DNA of 64,000 bases from the human T2T-CHM13v2.0 reference genome, Homo sapiens. The stretch is taken from assembly GCF_009914755.1 (NCBI RefSeq), contig NC_060934.1; one strand, written 5' to 3'. The notes beneath the pieces are model-generated. The model ran no database searches. It was given only the letters and a program-made list of their open reading frames with translations, and was not told the origin of the DNA. Below, piece after piece: positions 1-18,460 of the stretch (position 1 is the first letter of the stretch; every line of letters begins with the position of its first letter). The position numbers and the translations under genes are program-made.

Positions 1-140
1 TATTCAGGAAGACTTATTCAGGAGGATTTATTAGCCCTTCAAGGCTTGTTTTCAGAAAACTTGTTTTGCATTCAGACAACTTTCATCCATCCATTCTAAT
101 GGCTCAAAATCACCTCAAAAAAACTCGTGCACTTATTTGA

Positions 141-510
<370 letters not shown>

Positions 511-1599
511 TGTGCTCTCAACTCTTAGCTCTACCTCACTTCCCACCATATTTATCCTTCTTAAATCCTTTGCTGAACTATTCTATTTCTGATTTAGTCT
601 TAATTCCTGAGGACATGGTGATATATAATGCTTCACTTTTGCAAAACTGCACGTAATCCTTTTTATTTCTGTAGATGAATAATTTCACTACTGTTTATGT
701 AACAGTATACCACCAGGAAGAGCATATTTTTAATGGCCCTTTACACTAAACACAATGAGATGCCTAAGTGAGAAATAAAAATTATTCTACTCTCTCCATT
801 ATGCTTGCATAAATTAGATAGCTTATTGTATGTGAGTAACAACATACCATCTTATTATAAATAAGAAATGCTTTTTACAAGAGAAAAAGTTGTTATAAGG
901 TAATCTTAATACGTTTCTATTACTTCAAAGTTTCATTTTTAGGTTTATGTTTGATGACTTTTTATGTAATGACATATTTTACTGTTTTATGTTTATATCC
1001 TTTACGCAATTTTTAAAAATTGAGAATTAATACGCTTTAAGGAAAATGTGAATACAAGTTTAATTTCCCACTTAATGAAAAATACTACCATGCAGAGATG
1101 AGAATCCAAATATACACATATTAGGTTTTCCTTAAATATGTTCAAAGGAGACTTACAATTTTCTGAAGCATGTCTTTCTTCTTCCTATATCTTGTTTATA
1201 AATATAGTACATAATATACTTAGATTCATTCCTTCTTTGTTCCTGTAGCTCCACTACTGATAATTCCTTACATGCCTTTCTGTGCTTGTTCTTACGTGTT
1301 CTTTCCCAATTTGTAAACAAATATGGTTAAAATGCTTGTACTTGCTTCAGATAAAGATATTAAAACCAAAAGAATACCTTCTGTGTCAATAATTATTTTC
1401 TCTTACTTCATAATAAACTATGTTTTATAATTCTGAGGGTAGAATTCTGAAAATTATATTTTTCTTAATTCAGGTAGCTTCCTTTTGGGTTCCAACAAGA
1501 TCAGTATAGGAAGACATCACTCGATTCTTCCATTTACTTGCTATTGCTGGCAATATTAAAAGCCTGTCACCAAGTAATGACCTGTCTCCATGCATCAGT

Positions 1600-2080
1600 A
1601 GTTTGTTGTATATCTAGCTGAATTTACCACTACTAGGACCAATTTCAGGATGCACATTCAGAGAATAGCATTACCAGTTGGGCAGTGCTATCTCCTCAGT
1701 GGCCCCAGCTCTGTGATGATCCTCTTCCTAGTTTTTGAGTTATCAATATTATTACTGTGGTGACTTTAACTTAAAAGTTGGAATCCCATATCTGTGAAAC
1801 TCTCCTTCAAAGTCTGGAATGTCAGAAACAACTTGGATGTGCATTTTTTGCAAATGTCTGAGCCCTGAATCCTCTGAGTATGTGGGTATTATCTAATAAC
1901 CACAGCCTTTTCTGTTGGTTTCACAGCCTTAAGGGTGGTCAATACCTCTGCAGTTATGGCCTCTGTATTACCTCAGTTTTCCTTTTGATCTTTCAATCCT
2001 TTAACAATTATTTAACCAATTCATTAAATACTTTCTATTCAAATACATAGCATGACTTCTGTTTTACTGACTGGAGTCTG
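1600..2080 (+). mobile_element. Old LTR relic (LTR78/LTR79-like, tentative)
   Basis: 3' portion ttcaaatacatagcatgacttctgttttactgactggagtctga resembles the ends of ancient eutherian LTRs. Heavily diverged. Confidence 0.35.
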
Positions 2081-5141
<3,061 letters not shown>

Positions 5142-5254
5142 TCATGATTAATTAAACCATCACTTTTATTCAATTGAGATAAAGGGTTTATCTAAGTGAG
5201 AATATAGGAGAAGCATGTGGTCTGCTGCAAATGATCATTAAGAATCTCTGGGTT

Positions 5255-6542
5255 CTCCCTATTGAATAAATGTTACTGAAATAACTGGCTAGTCATATGC
5301 AGAATATTGAAACTAGACCCTCTCCTTACACCATATACGAAAATCAACTCAAGACGGATTAAAGACTTAAATGTCAAACCCCAAATTATAAAAACCCTGA
5401 AAGACAACATAGGCAATACCATCATGTACATAGGAATGGGCAAAGATTTAATGACAAAGATGCCAAAAGCAATTGTAACAAAGGCAAAAATTGACAAGTG
5501 GGATCTAACTAAACTTAAGAAGTTCTTTACAGCAAAAGAAACTATCAACAGAGTAAACAGACAACCTGCTATATGGGATAAAATATTTCTAAACTATGCA
5601 ACTGACTTAAATCTAATATCCAGCATCTATAGGAACTTAAAGAAACTTACAAGAGAACACAAACAACTCCATTAAAATGTGAGCAAAGAACATGAACAGA
5701 AGCTTTTCAAAAGAAGACATGCATGTGGTCAGCAGCCACATAAAAAATAGCTCAATCTCACTGATCATTAGAGAAATGCAAATTGAAACCACAATGAGAT
5801 ACCAGCTCATACCAGTCAGAATGGCTATTATTATAATGCAAAGTCAAATAATAACAGATGCTGGTGACATTGTGGAGAAAAGGAAACACTTATAGACTCC
5901 AACCAGACTACTGGAGGGAGTATAAGTTAGCTCAATTATTGTGGAAAGCAGTATGGCAATTCCTCAAACAGCTAAAAGCAGAACCACAAATCGACCCAGT
6001 AATACCATTATTAAGTATATACCCAGAGGAATATCAACCATTCTATCATAAATATATATGCATGTGAATGTTCATTGCAGAACTATTCATAATAGCAAAG
6101 ACATGGAATCAGCCTAAATGCCCAGGAATGACAGATTGAAATAAAGAACTGTGGCACATATACACCATGGAATACTATGCAGCAACAAAAAAGAATGATA
6201 TCATGTCTTTTGTGGGAACATGGATGGAGCTGGAGGCTGTTATCTTTAGGAAACTAATGCAAAAACAGAAAATCAAATACTGCATGTTTTCCCTTATAAA
6301 TGAGAGCTAAATGATGAGAACTTCTGAACACAAAGAAGGTAACAACATACACTAGAGTCTACTGAGGGTGGAGGGTGGGAGGAAGGAGAGCAGTAGAGAA
6401 GATAACTATCAGGTGCTGGGCTTAATACCTGGGTGATGAAATGATCTGTACAACAACCCCCCATGGCACGAGTTTACATGTGTAACAAACCTTCACATGT
6501 ACTCCTCGAACCTAAAATAAAAGTTGAAAAAAAAAAAAAAAA
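5255..6542 (+). mobile_element. 5'-truncated older L1PA (approx. L1PA13-16) with poly-A tail
   Basis: ORF 5307-5675 ([24 protein letters not shown]) is the ORF2p C-terminal region. G-rich 3' UTR, aataaaagtt and A-tail at 6527-6542. Confidence 0.95.
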
Positions 6543-7198
6543 CAGAATGTATGTGTGTATGTGCATGTGGATATGTCTGTAAAAGCTAATAATATATGTG
6601 TCTTACATACTGTAGTGCTAACATAAATAAAGTGAAAAGTCAAGGGCTTAAAATTTCAGCTGAGGTTACATTAAAAAGAAAACAAAAAAGGACTTCTGGT
6701 TTTGCCAACACTGGACGCCTTATTACTTCCAGGTCCCCTTTCTTACATCTGAAATTCCACGAATAGCACAATAACAAGCAGAAGAATACTCTGAGAGTTG
6801 GAATAAAAAGGCATATTACCCAAATAACCCAGAACTTGAGGAATGACATGGTGATGTGTCCTCTTATTCCTTGTTCTGTCTTGTATATCCTGGACAGGGT
6901 GCTTTAAAAGCTTCCAGCACAAAACTGCCAACACACGCAGACAACAAAATCTCCAAGAAAAGCCTTCTCAAATCAAAACAGACTTAAATAAATGGAGACA
7001 CATACCATGTTCATGGATTAGAAGACTTAATGTAGTAAATACATAAATTCTTCTCTAAATTGATCTCTAGGTTTAATTCAATTCATATGAAAATCCCAGC
7101 ATTTTTGGTAGGTTTAGAGTAGCTTATTCTAAAGTCTATGTGGAAAGATTCAGGTCCTAGCATGCTTAAAAGAATCTTTAAAAAAGGATAAAGTGATA

Positions 7199-7361
7199 GA
7201 CTGGTATGGTTGTCTATGTCTGTAGTCAGTTACTCAGGAGGCTGAGATTGAAGGATTGCTTGAGCCCAGGAGTTTGACCCTAGAATTTTGAGGTTACAAT
7301 AAACTATGATTTTGCCTCTGCATCCCAACCTAGATGACACAAAGAGACTCTGTCTCTAAAA
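7199..7361 (+). mobile_element. Free Alu monomer (FRAM-like)
   Basis: tgtagtcagttactcaggaggctgag...ttgagcccaggagttt...gagactctgtctctaaaa, followed by a (cta)/(taa) tail. Confidence 0.8.
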
Positions 7362-7864
7362 TTACTACTTCTACTACTAATAATAATAAAAAGGATAACG
7401 TTGGAGAAATAAGAGGCATTACTAATTATTAAATTATTATATCCAATATTAAAGTCTCCCAGATAGCTACAGTAATCAAGGAAGTGTCCAGAGGGTGGCC
7501 TTTTCATAGAAGTATAGACAAGTAGATTAATGGAACAGAAGAGAAAACCCTAATATATTCACATACAAGAAGGTCCAATTAGATTTTGATGAAAGCACAA
7601 AAGGCATTCAATAGAGGAAGGATAGTCTTTTTAACAAATGATGTTGAAACAATGGGACATGAACAGGCTGAAAATAGAAACCTAACTTAAACCTCATATC
7701 TTAAATAAGAATAACTCAAAATGAATCACAGACTTAAATGAAATATTATAATACTTTAATAAAACAATCATTGGAGAAAATCTATGGTATCTCAGCTAGG
7801 AAAATCATTCTTTGACATGACAACAAAAGCATAGCTTATAAAAGGAAAAAGTGATAAAATAACA

Positions 7865-8860
7865 TACTTTAAATCTCCTGTGCAGAATAATTTTAATTAA
7901 CATGTGGAGATAGTCTACCATCAGGAAGGTTGAACGTAACTCTTCACTCCTTAAGTGCGGGCTGCACGTAGTGACTTCCTTTGTGAGTGAGGAGAGTAAC
8001 TTTATAATAGGGAAACCCAATAAACACCAACTGAGCCTGATGACCAAGGTTCATATTGACTTTGGTCAGCCGTATTGATCATATTTACTCATGATATGAT
8101 GTGATATGAAAACAACACTTTATTTCTGTGGTCTTCCCCTCCAAAACACACAAACAGAACATAAGATGCAAAAAAAACCCACATCGAATCTCAATTAAGG
8201 GATCATAATACCTGACTAGAATTCTTCAAACTACCATAGTCATCAAAAACAGGTAAAGTCTGGCTGGGGTGCAGTGGCTCACACCAGTAATCCCAGCATT
8301 TGGGAGCACAAGACAAGAGGATCACTTGAACTCAAGAGTTCAAGAGCAGCCTGGGCAATATAGTAAGACCCCCATCTCTACAAAAATATAAAAATTAGCA
8401 GAGCATGGTGGTGTGGGCCTGTATTTCCAGGTATTCAGGAGGCTAAGGTGGGAGGATCGCTTGAATCCTGGGGGCAAAGTTTACAGTGAACCAACAATGC
8501 CACTGCACTTCAGCCTGGGTGACAGATAGAGACTCTTTCTCAAATAAATAAATAAATACAAAAACAAGGAAAGTCTAACTGTCATAGTCAACAAGAAGCT
8601 AAAGAGACATGAGTACAAAATAAAATGTGGCATCAGAATGGGATTCTGGAAGAGAAAAAGGACATAAGGTAAATATTAAGGACATTTGAATAGAGTACAA
8701 GTGCTAGTTGATAATAATGTATTAGTATTGGTTCATTAATTACAACGGATATACCATAGTAAAGTGAGGTGTCAATATCAGGGCAGAAATGGGTACAGAA
8801 AATATGTACCACTATTACAATTTTCCTCTGAACTCAAAGCTGTTCTACATTTTTAATGTT
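7865..8860 (+). mobile_element. L1MC/L1MD-type 3' UTR fragment nested in the older L1
   Basis: ctccttaagtgcgggctgcacgtagtgacttcc and ggattctggaagagaaaaaggacataaggtaa are characteristic L1MC/MD 3'-end motifs. Confidence 0.7.
8262..8558 (+). mobile_element. AluJ
   Basis: ggctggggtgcagtggctcac...(aaat)n tail. TSD aaaaacaggtaaagtct / aaaaacaaggaaagtct. Confidence 0.93.
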
Positions 8861-9018
8861 TATTAAATGAAAAAAAATAACAGTTTTGATCTTGAAAAGG
8901 TTCTGGGAAAAGGATGAAAAGACACATTACAGATTGAAAGAAAATATTTGCAAGCCACATAGCCAACAAAGTACTAGTATCTGGAATGTATACAGCCGTC
9001 TTAAAACCTAACAGTGAA

Positions 9019-9336
<318 letters not shown>

Positions 9337-9981
9337 TCAATCCAATTAGAATATGCACAAAAGACATGAATAGGCATTTTGCCAAAGATGTAATTACAGA
9401 TGGCACATAAGTACATAGGAAGATATTCAGCATCATTAGCCACCAGAGAAATGCAAATTGAAACCGCAATGGGATATCACACATACATATCTGAATAGCT
9501 AAAAAAAAAAATAAAAAGTGGCAACCACAAATACTAGCCAGATTGTAGAGAAACTGGGTCATTCATAGATTACAGATGGAAATGTAAAATGGTCAGCCAC
9601 TCTGGAAAACAGTTTAGCAATTTCTTATAAAACTAAACATCTAATTACCATGCAATGCAATAAAAGCTAAAGGTATCTTTGGACATTTATTCCAGAAAAA
9701 CAAAAATATACCATCACACAAAAACTTGTACATAAGTGTTCAAAGGAAATTGTTTGTGGCTATCAGAGAGCAAATGAGGGATTCTTATGGTGATGGAGCT
9801 GTTCTGTATCTAAACTGTGTTAATGTCAATATTGTTCTTGTGATCTATCATTTTACAAAATATTACCTTTCAGAAAACTGTTTATATGTAATCTTTTTAT
9901 TATTTCTTAACAACTGCTGTGAATCTACAATTGTCTCAATTAAAAAGTTTAATTGTGCTTATATTGTGGTCCTAAAACAAC

Positions 9982-10271
9982 TTTTTTTTTTTAATCAGGT
10001 GGCACTTTGTCACCCAGGCTGGAGCACAGTGGCATGATCTCAGCTCAGTGCAGCCTCAACCTCCCAGGTTCAAGTAGTCTCCCATCTCAGCCTCCTGAGT
10101 AGCTGGGACTACAGGCATGCACCACCACGCCCAACTAGTTTTTGTGTCTTTTGTAGAGACAGGGTTTCACCATATTGCCCAGGCTGTTCTCAAACTCCTG
10201 AGCTCAAGCAATCCACCTGCCTTGTCCTCCCAAAGTCCTAGGATTACAGGTGTAAGCCACCATGCCCAGCC
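9982..10271 (-). mobile_element. AluJ
   Basis: Poly-T, tgtcacccaggctggagcacagtgg ... ctcctgagctcaagcaatcc ... gccaccatgcccagcc. Confidence 0.93.
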
Positions 10272-12119
10272 TGAAAATCACACTTAATATTTAATTGTAC
10301 TGTTTGCAGTACTACGATAAAAATAATTTACAGATTCATCAACATTTTCTTGTGTCTCTATCCTAAATATGACATTCATGTACATTTCAGATTTAACTTC
10401 TTTCTCATCCAATTAGTTGCCAAACTCTATCATTAATTTAATCAGTCCCTACTATATTCTTGACATAAGTCTTTTGCAAATACTGCTGAACCACGCTTTA
10501 CTTATATTTTTCCTGATCTGTTTTAATTGTCAATTAATTGTTCTACAAATGCCTTTCTTCCCTTTTACTTTTAATTATATTTATCAATGAAAATCTACCC
10601 AAACTCCCTAGAGGGTATATACATTCTGGGCCATAAAAAATATCAACATAGACAAAGACCCAGCTAAGAGACAGGACTATAAGGTGTCATAAAGGCTATC
10701 TGACTTGTAACACTTCTATATCTGAAGGAGTGAAAACCTCTAAGTAAACAGAAACATACAACACAGTTGTCTCATTGTTTTGTGTGGAACAGCCATTATC
10801 TCTCGAGTTAATAGTATAGCATTAATCCTAGTGAAGATTATATTTACAGTGCTATTATGCATATAACATAAATATTCTGAGATAAATAATAATTGCCTCT
10901 TCCCTCTGGCCTCTGATATTGAATATACGCATTCTCTGCTTCACTGACCCATACTGACGGTATCGCCAAACATCTTGATTTGGTAAAAGAGCTGGAAGCA
11001 GAGACAGCTTGATGTCGATTTGCTGTTAATGAAGAAAGTGTGAAGGCTAGACTGACATCTACTTACCCAGGGTCCACTTTAATTTAGAAAAATGCAGTCA
11101 GGTTGGAATGGAAAGAAACAATATGACTTGTTAATTTCCATTTTCCTATCCTGGGTAGGGAATAAAGAGGTAAATGGAGCTGCTGGTTCATCACAAAGTG
11201 CCACTCTGCCTTACTCTGATATGGAGGCATTGGATATTGAAATTCATAGCACTGTAGGCACTGCCCTCTGCTCTGGAAGAGGTCACCCTTATTGTGTTTT
11301 TATTATTGGATTGTCTTATATGTCCAGCCTGCACAATTTGAGAAAACTCTGTATTCCATTGAGAGGAGACTTGCATTACACATGGGCAGGCAGCCCAGAG
11401 CATTAATTGTATACATATCATTGTATTTCAAAAATAAATCTTTCTCATGTTTTTCCCTTGCTTTCTTGCTCTTGTGCCTTTTCCTTGCCCCTTGAATTAA
11501 TTTTTCCCATAAACTCACAGAAGCCAGCTGAAATTACAGAGGCAGGTTAGGAACCTGACAATCTTAAATATTCCCTTTAGGTGTTCTGTTCACAAACCTG
11601 TCACAGATACTGTTCTTTGCCTGGGGGCACATGTTTCTTGCAGTCTCCAAGAGCACTCTATGTTTTGTAGGCACACAGAAACACACACTTCCTGTGTGCA
11701 GTACATGTAGTGATTAACAGACTATGAAGTCAAAATCAACTAGAATAAAAATTCTACTTCATCACCCAACCAGCTTACCTAACCTCATAATAGTCATACA
11801 AGCCTCCACTTTTCTCACCTGTAAATTCTAAAATGTCCCAGAGGGATGCGATACAGTTAAGAGAATATAATGAATGTTAATAAATTATCACAGTGACTGG
11901 ACCTACAGTATATGCTAGATATAATATTTTTAGAGATAATCTCAGGGCTAGAACAGGCTTTAAGAATAATCTGTTTACAATATTCTTCTAAGCACTCTGA
12001 TTTGAAATGGGGACATCTGGATGAACTCAGAAAAAGCCAAGGATCCCTAATCTCTAGCTTCTCATTACCTATTCCAGTCTCCCCATCTCACTATGTCTGA
12101 TGTTAAAATCCATTTTGTA

Positions 12120-12390
12120 ATATTACCACCAAATGCTGCTTTAAACACTGTTTACAAATCTCCACTGAAAGAAATCCTTCACCTGTTGAAGGAGGCTTGT
12201 CCATACTGAACAGTTTTGAGAATGCTCCTAATATCCAACCAAATCTGGACCCAGTATATTTCACTCACTGATGCTAATTTTACCACTGGGTTTAGAAATA
12301 ACAAATTTAATTTCTCTTCCCATTTTACTGCTCTATGGAAATTTGAAAACACCTACCATAACCTCCCTAGACTTCTTTGCGTTAAGGTTA
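12120..12390 (-). mobile_element. L3/CR1 fragment
   Basis: Antisense CR1 3'-region motifs (gaacagttttgagaatgctcctaatatccaaccaaatctg; aaatttgaaaacacctaccat). Confidence 0.55.
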
Positions 12391-13724
12391 TGGTATAATC
12401 AAAGTGTCAATCCATGAAACCCAACGTTTTTTTATCTACCCAATTGAAATGCTCTTGCCAAATACTTCCTCATCTGGAGTCTCAGTTGTCTGTGTCCTTT
12501 CTGTCCTCTAACAAGTAATCCTCTTTGGAATTTTCCCTTTCCATGTTCTAATTACTCCTTTCCTTGGCAAGTAAAGACCTACATTAATTTGGGAGGGAAT
12601 GGGGCATTTTTTGTAGCTGTCTAGGCTGCTATAAAAGAATTTCCACATTTTTTCAGCTATTTTCTATCTCCGTAATCATAATGTAGGATACTAAAGACAA
12701 AGACCATTGCTATTAATATGAGAATCTAAGATTTTATACTTGGAACTGGGTGGGGGTAAAAATCATTGAGAGAACACTTGGCTGAAATTCCTGTTGTCAT
12801 AACCATTTTACAGATTAGGCAGTTGAAGCACCAGGAGCTTAACTGACTTCCACAAATTCATGTAATCCTATTAGCCTCCCTCCTACTGTTCAAGGGCTCC
12901 TTATAACAAGATTTCCCATAAATTTGGTACAGATCTCTCAAGCCAGACCTAGATATTTTGCTATTTTACCTGAATCACTTTTGGGAGGTAATATTTAAAA
13001 CTCAGATTTTACATTAAAGTTATAGACTTCTGGCTTCTTTTAAAATGTAAGATTTCTGCATTTCTGGGTCGACATTCTCACTTTCCATGGAACTCAATGG
13101 TGCCTGCACCATGTAGAAGGGATCATTCTCTCCACTTAACTTGGCTTGGCTTTGCATATATATACATTTACCATGTTGCTTTTGTATTGTATCACATAGT
13201 CTTGTAAGCATTTTCATATATTCTTTTTTTATTTGAGGCCATCATAACACTGTAATATCACATGTATATTTTAGCTATAGACAGATAAGATAACTGAGTC
13301 CTCTAATGTGTCAGACGGGGTAGTATGGTGCAGAGATTTTAGAGTAAAAGTTCATAATACATGTTAGCCATAAACATTTCTTGCAGAGTAGGAGGCAGAA
13401 AAGCCAGGTCTTCTGGAATCTAACACAGGGCTCCTACCATGGTAAGGCTTGCCATGCCCACTTTGTCTCATGTACCTCTCTTGACTTCAGTTTCTGGAAT
13501 TGCTAAAAATGAAAGCCTCACAGAGCTGCTAATGAACACTCTCTCATGGTCAAGAACTGGATGAGTTACTGAAACATCTCAATATGCTGCTCAACCCAGC
13601 TCACTCAAATAGTCCTATATAGAAAACACGAACCATGTCCTGTGTGCGAGGTGGCTTCTGAATCATGCGCTCAGGCTGGATCCTGAGTGGACTAAATATT
13701 TTTGCAACCTATTAAAACTGATGG

Positions 13725-13726
<2 letters not shown>

Positions 13727-13753
<27 letters not shown>
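13727..13753. repeat. (GT)n microsatellite followed by a short (CA)n
   Basis: Read directly from the sequence. Confidence 0.95.
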
Positions 13754-13756
<3 letters not shown>

Positions 13757-15429
13757 CACACACACAATGATATGATCAGAGTTCATATTTTACTTGGTAA
13801 ATCACTGACTAAAGGATTGTAATTGAGGACCTTTTTCTATCTTGCAAAGAGCCTGACAAAAAAACTAATTGATGACTCAAATGCCTGGCATTATCCCTAA
13901 GAATCATCAGAATTTTCCTGTGCCAAAACCCTAGGCCTCTCATTCATCCCCAAGTCACACAGGTTCTGAAAACTTCACGTTTTCAATCATTTTCTCTAAT
14001 TTCTCTGGTTTGGGACTTTTCTTCCAATGTGTTATGGCAGATATTTGGCAGCTCTGTGGCCAAATGCAAAAATCAGAAATTGAGGCTAAGAGGAAGAAAC
14101 GTTCTTATTCTTTGTAAAGGTGTTTTCTTGTGCCCAAGGAGACTTTTTAATAGAATTGGCTAAAGCATCCATGGAAGTATCACCTGGCTATCCTAAGGTT
14201 TATTGGTAAAAACAAATATCCAAATGGTGATTTGGAACCAACCCAAAATGTAATAACTTGCAATATCTGGGGGTGTAACCCATGAATTTGCTTTTCTAAC
14301 AAGCATTTCTAATTATAAAAACCTGAGCCCAGGGCCTCAAGAATTATGCTAAAAACTTAAAAATTATAGAGTAATCAATTTAAGAAAGAGAATACAAAAA
14401 TAATTTACAATACCCTAGAACTGAAAATCACAAAATAAAATTAGATTGAGATACTAGTTGCAAGATTTTGTGAACATATTTAAAAAATTGCATTTTACCT
14501 TTGAAATCAGTAGTAAGATTTATGGTATAAAAATTATATATTAAAGCCATTAAAATAAATTTTAAAAAATAATATGAGAGGTCACAATCTAATTGGCCTA
14601 ATTCTTCATGTAACCACTAACAGGGGACGGATATGGTAATAATAACTTCTCAAAATTTTTGTAGGCATTCATTCTTCTCTGGGTTTACGACAATAGACAA
14701 AAATGTCTTGTCTATATTCATTCAAAGGGGAACTCAATTTTTTGTTCCTTTTGTATCTTGTGCCCCATTAAATTTCTCATTTTGCGATCCCTGAGATTAT
14801 ACAGACTCAGATGTTGTTCAGATGCTTTGAGATTTGTAAGCAATAAGTATGGAAAACATAGCAGAAGAAAATATAGAGAATGAATGTAGTTTCCCAAATC
14901 ATGAGACAATGCCTAGTGTCCTCAGTCTATGCTGTCATATGGCCTCCTGGAGTTTTGTGTTTGGAAGGTAGCTGTTTCAGCTGCTTGTGCATAAAGGTGT
15001 GTATGTCTGTGTGTTTGTGCGCCTTTTTACTTATGAATCACATGTAGATACAGTGAACATTAGACAAAAATTCCTTCTTTTCCTTCTAAAATTTTTATGG
15101 ATACAGAAGAGTCATACCTATTTATGGGATACATGTGATATTTTGATATTTTGTAAGTCACTGCTTAGGAAACAGCTGCACGATATTAAAAATATGAGGT
15201 AATTAGGTCCAGAATATTTTTAGTTAAAAAAAGTCAGTTGGGTATGTGGATATTGAAGCAAAATTGATGTTTGGTGGTTTTCCTAACCCTAACACTGTTT
15301 TTTTCTTGATAACCTCTCATTACAGACCCAATTTTATCATTAAAATTAATCATTTTGTCATGATTTAGCCATGGGATCTTTGAAAACACATTTTATAGAT
15401 TGTATAGTGTCATCCGAATATAAGGTATT

Positions 15430-15786
15430 TGTCATAGTTTGTTCAGGCTGATATAAAATAAAATATATTAAACTAGGTAACCTGTAAATAGCAAAAACTT
15501 ATTCCTCAAGGTTCTGGAGCTGGGAAGTTCAAGATCAAGGTGATGTTAGTGTCTGTGAAGGCATGCTTCCTCATAGATGGCACCTTTTGGCTGTGCCCTC
15601 ACACGGTGGAAGGGGCAAGATAGCTCTCTGGGACCTCCTTCAAAAAGGCACTAATCCCCTTCATGAGAGCTTCACCCTCATGACCTAATCACCTCTCAGA
15701 AGGCCCTGTCTCCTAATATTATCGTCTTGGGGGTTAATATTCCAATGTATGAATTTTGAGGAAATGCAAACATTTGGAATATAGCA
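15430..15786 (-). mobile_element. MaLR solo LTR (MLT1A/MST-type)
   Basis: TG...CA ends, gttctggagctgggaagttcaagatcaagg and ctcatgacctaatcacctc motifs. Perfect 5-bp TSD GTATT at 15425-15429 and 15787-15791. Confidence 0.9.
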
Positions 15787-15804
15787 GTATTATTGTTGCC
15801 TTAG

Positions 15805-16134
<330 letters not shown>

Positions 16135-18419
16135 TAATCATTTTTAGCCTTCTAATATAAATTTCTTTTTTCCCCAACTATTTGAGGTACAAATTCCTCT
16201 GAGAAAGAAAAGGTTTGAGGTAAAGTAGTTTCTATTTTAGGATAAAGAGTACAGGAGGACAGGTGGGCTTTTGGTGGTGATGAGAAGGAAGAGAGAGAAC
16301 TATTCTTTTTCTTTTTTGATCTATTAATTCCGATGTCTGTGGTTACCAGACTGCAGCTGTCAGAAAAAAATAGGCAACTGTAATTGTCTTGAATTTTGGA
16401 GAAACATGGATTGAAGATGTAGTGCAGAAATTATTTATATTTGAATAGTAAGAGAAGCCAAGATATAAACACATAGAAGAGTATTGCATTTTTTCTTGGT
16501 GACATGGCTAGTAAGTGATAAATCCAAAACATAGACCCAAGTCCTCCTGCCTTAACTCAACACTCCTTTCTTTAAATTGACCTCTCTTTCTGCATTAAAA
16601 ATATTTGATCAGTGCCCACCATCTATACAACATGCATAAAGCTTCATGAGCATAGAAAACAAGAAAAAGCATGAACCCTTGATAAGAGTGCAGGCACAGA
16701 GGCTATCTTTTATTACATATCAAGAATCCCTCTCTTATTGCTATGTCCTTCCCTCGTTTAGATCTCCACTGGGCCATTTTGTGGACCATTAGATGCTTGA
16801 TATAATCGGAAGCCCCAACTTTAGTCCCTTCATTGAAATTCATGATCAGCATATTCATGCTAGAATTACCTTCCAAAGTTGTTTCTCCTATGGACTACGG
16901 ACGATGTCTCCCTTTTACCCACAGGATAAAAATCTATTCAACTCTAATTGAAGCCTTCTTTGTCTGACATTCCACATTGGCCACTCTTACTTCTGTCTTT
17001 TTCCCAGGTTGAAGTTTCTGATAGACCCAAACTGACCTCTCCCATTTCACCATTCAAGATTCTGCATCAGTAGACATATAGTCCAGGCTTATAAGCAAAA
17101 TTTATTCCATTTTTCTACCCACCTAAATTGCATTTATTTAAAAGATTCACTTAAATGCCATGTCCCTTGAGAAAATCTCCTTTAGAATCACAGCCTGTGC
17201 TTAGCTCTGTATAACTACTGTCTACAATTTATCTAGTTCAGAATATGTTGTTAGATATTTTTTGAATATATATTATTAGGGCAACCAGAGGATGAGAAGG
17301 TCTTCGAGATAAGATATCTGCTTTATATATCTGTGTTTGACCGGTTATATGATTAAAACAAATATAGAAAATTAATGAGAACAATGACAGAATTGAATAT
17401 AAGTTTCATAGGTAATTAAAACAATAAGCATTTCTTGATGATCTGCTGTGTGGTATCATAGGTAGAGTCTCAGGTTTAGGCATTGGGACACTTGGCCTAA
17501 AACCTAAAAATTGCTGGGAAGAGCAAACATTTCGAGCATCAGCTTCATATTACACATTAAGGCCACTTGTCCCTAGTTATAGGAGAAATTGAGTAAGTAA
17601 AATAATTAAAACTTCTGTACTTTCTTACACGACATTCTGTTTGAGTCCAGAAAACTGCAGGCCTGTTAAAAAGTTTATTTTCTTCAGCCATTCCACACTG
17701 TAGCTGGGGGCTTTAAGAAGCCTCTAATCTTAGCAAACATTCATTAAAATAAAAGGCCACCTGGAGACCCTGGAGAAGAACTCTGTCAGGAAGCCAATTA
17801 GCTTAAGTCCACCCCTGACTCTGACTGCTCAGTAATTATTCTAGGGCTATTTCTCTATTCCCTTTTTATTATTATAACCTGTAATTAGTTACTGTGCCAT
17901 ATAATTTCCATAGCCACAGGAAATATTTAACTGTAGCATCAGGGGCACCTGGGAAAATGATTAATTCTAGAGAGAGTGTAGTTTGGGTGACTAGAGCACA
18001 TCAGGACAGAATCTCCTAATTGAGACAAGTCACCAATTTGAGGATCAAAGTAAAACTTCCTGCTATCATGCCATACCAAATGCCCTCCCCCATGGCTGTG
18101 TGATCCAGCTGAGAACAGCATGGGCTCCTGAAAGAAGTCCCACAGCCACATCTGGTTTTGAGGTTGTAACCAGACTGTGATCTTGGTTCTGAAAGGAATT
18201 CAATCCTCTTCTCTCCACCAAATAATAGAACACATTTCAGTATCTTATTCAAATTATGAAACATAAAACCCAACTTTGGTCAAATGATGAAGTTTGACCT
18301 AATTTGACATCTCATTCTCGGTACCCATCAGAGACACGCCCTCTCTCTCTCTCCTCATCCTACACCTGCTCTTAGCTCTTCCATATATTCCAAAATGTCA
18401 ATGACTAAGTTACTTCTAC

Positions 18420-18421
<2 letters not shown>

Positions 18422-18458
<37 letters not shown>
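18422..18458. repeat. (TG)18 microsatellite
   Basis: Read directly from the sequence. Confidence 0.98.

Positions 18459-18460
<2 letters not shown>

Noticed and set aside
13387-13447. Possible 55-nt plus-strand exon (ttcttgcag ... ATG|GTAAGG)
   Set aside because: Short pyrimidine tract and MIR-like sequence; such sites arise frequently by chance.
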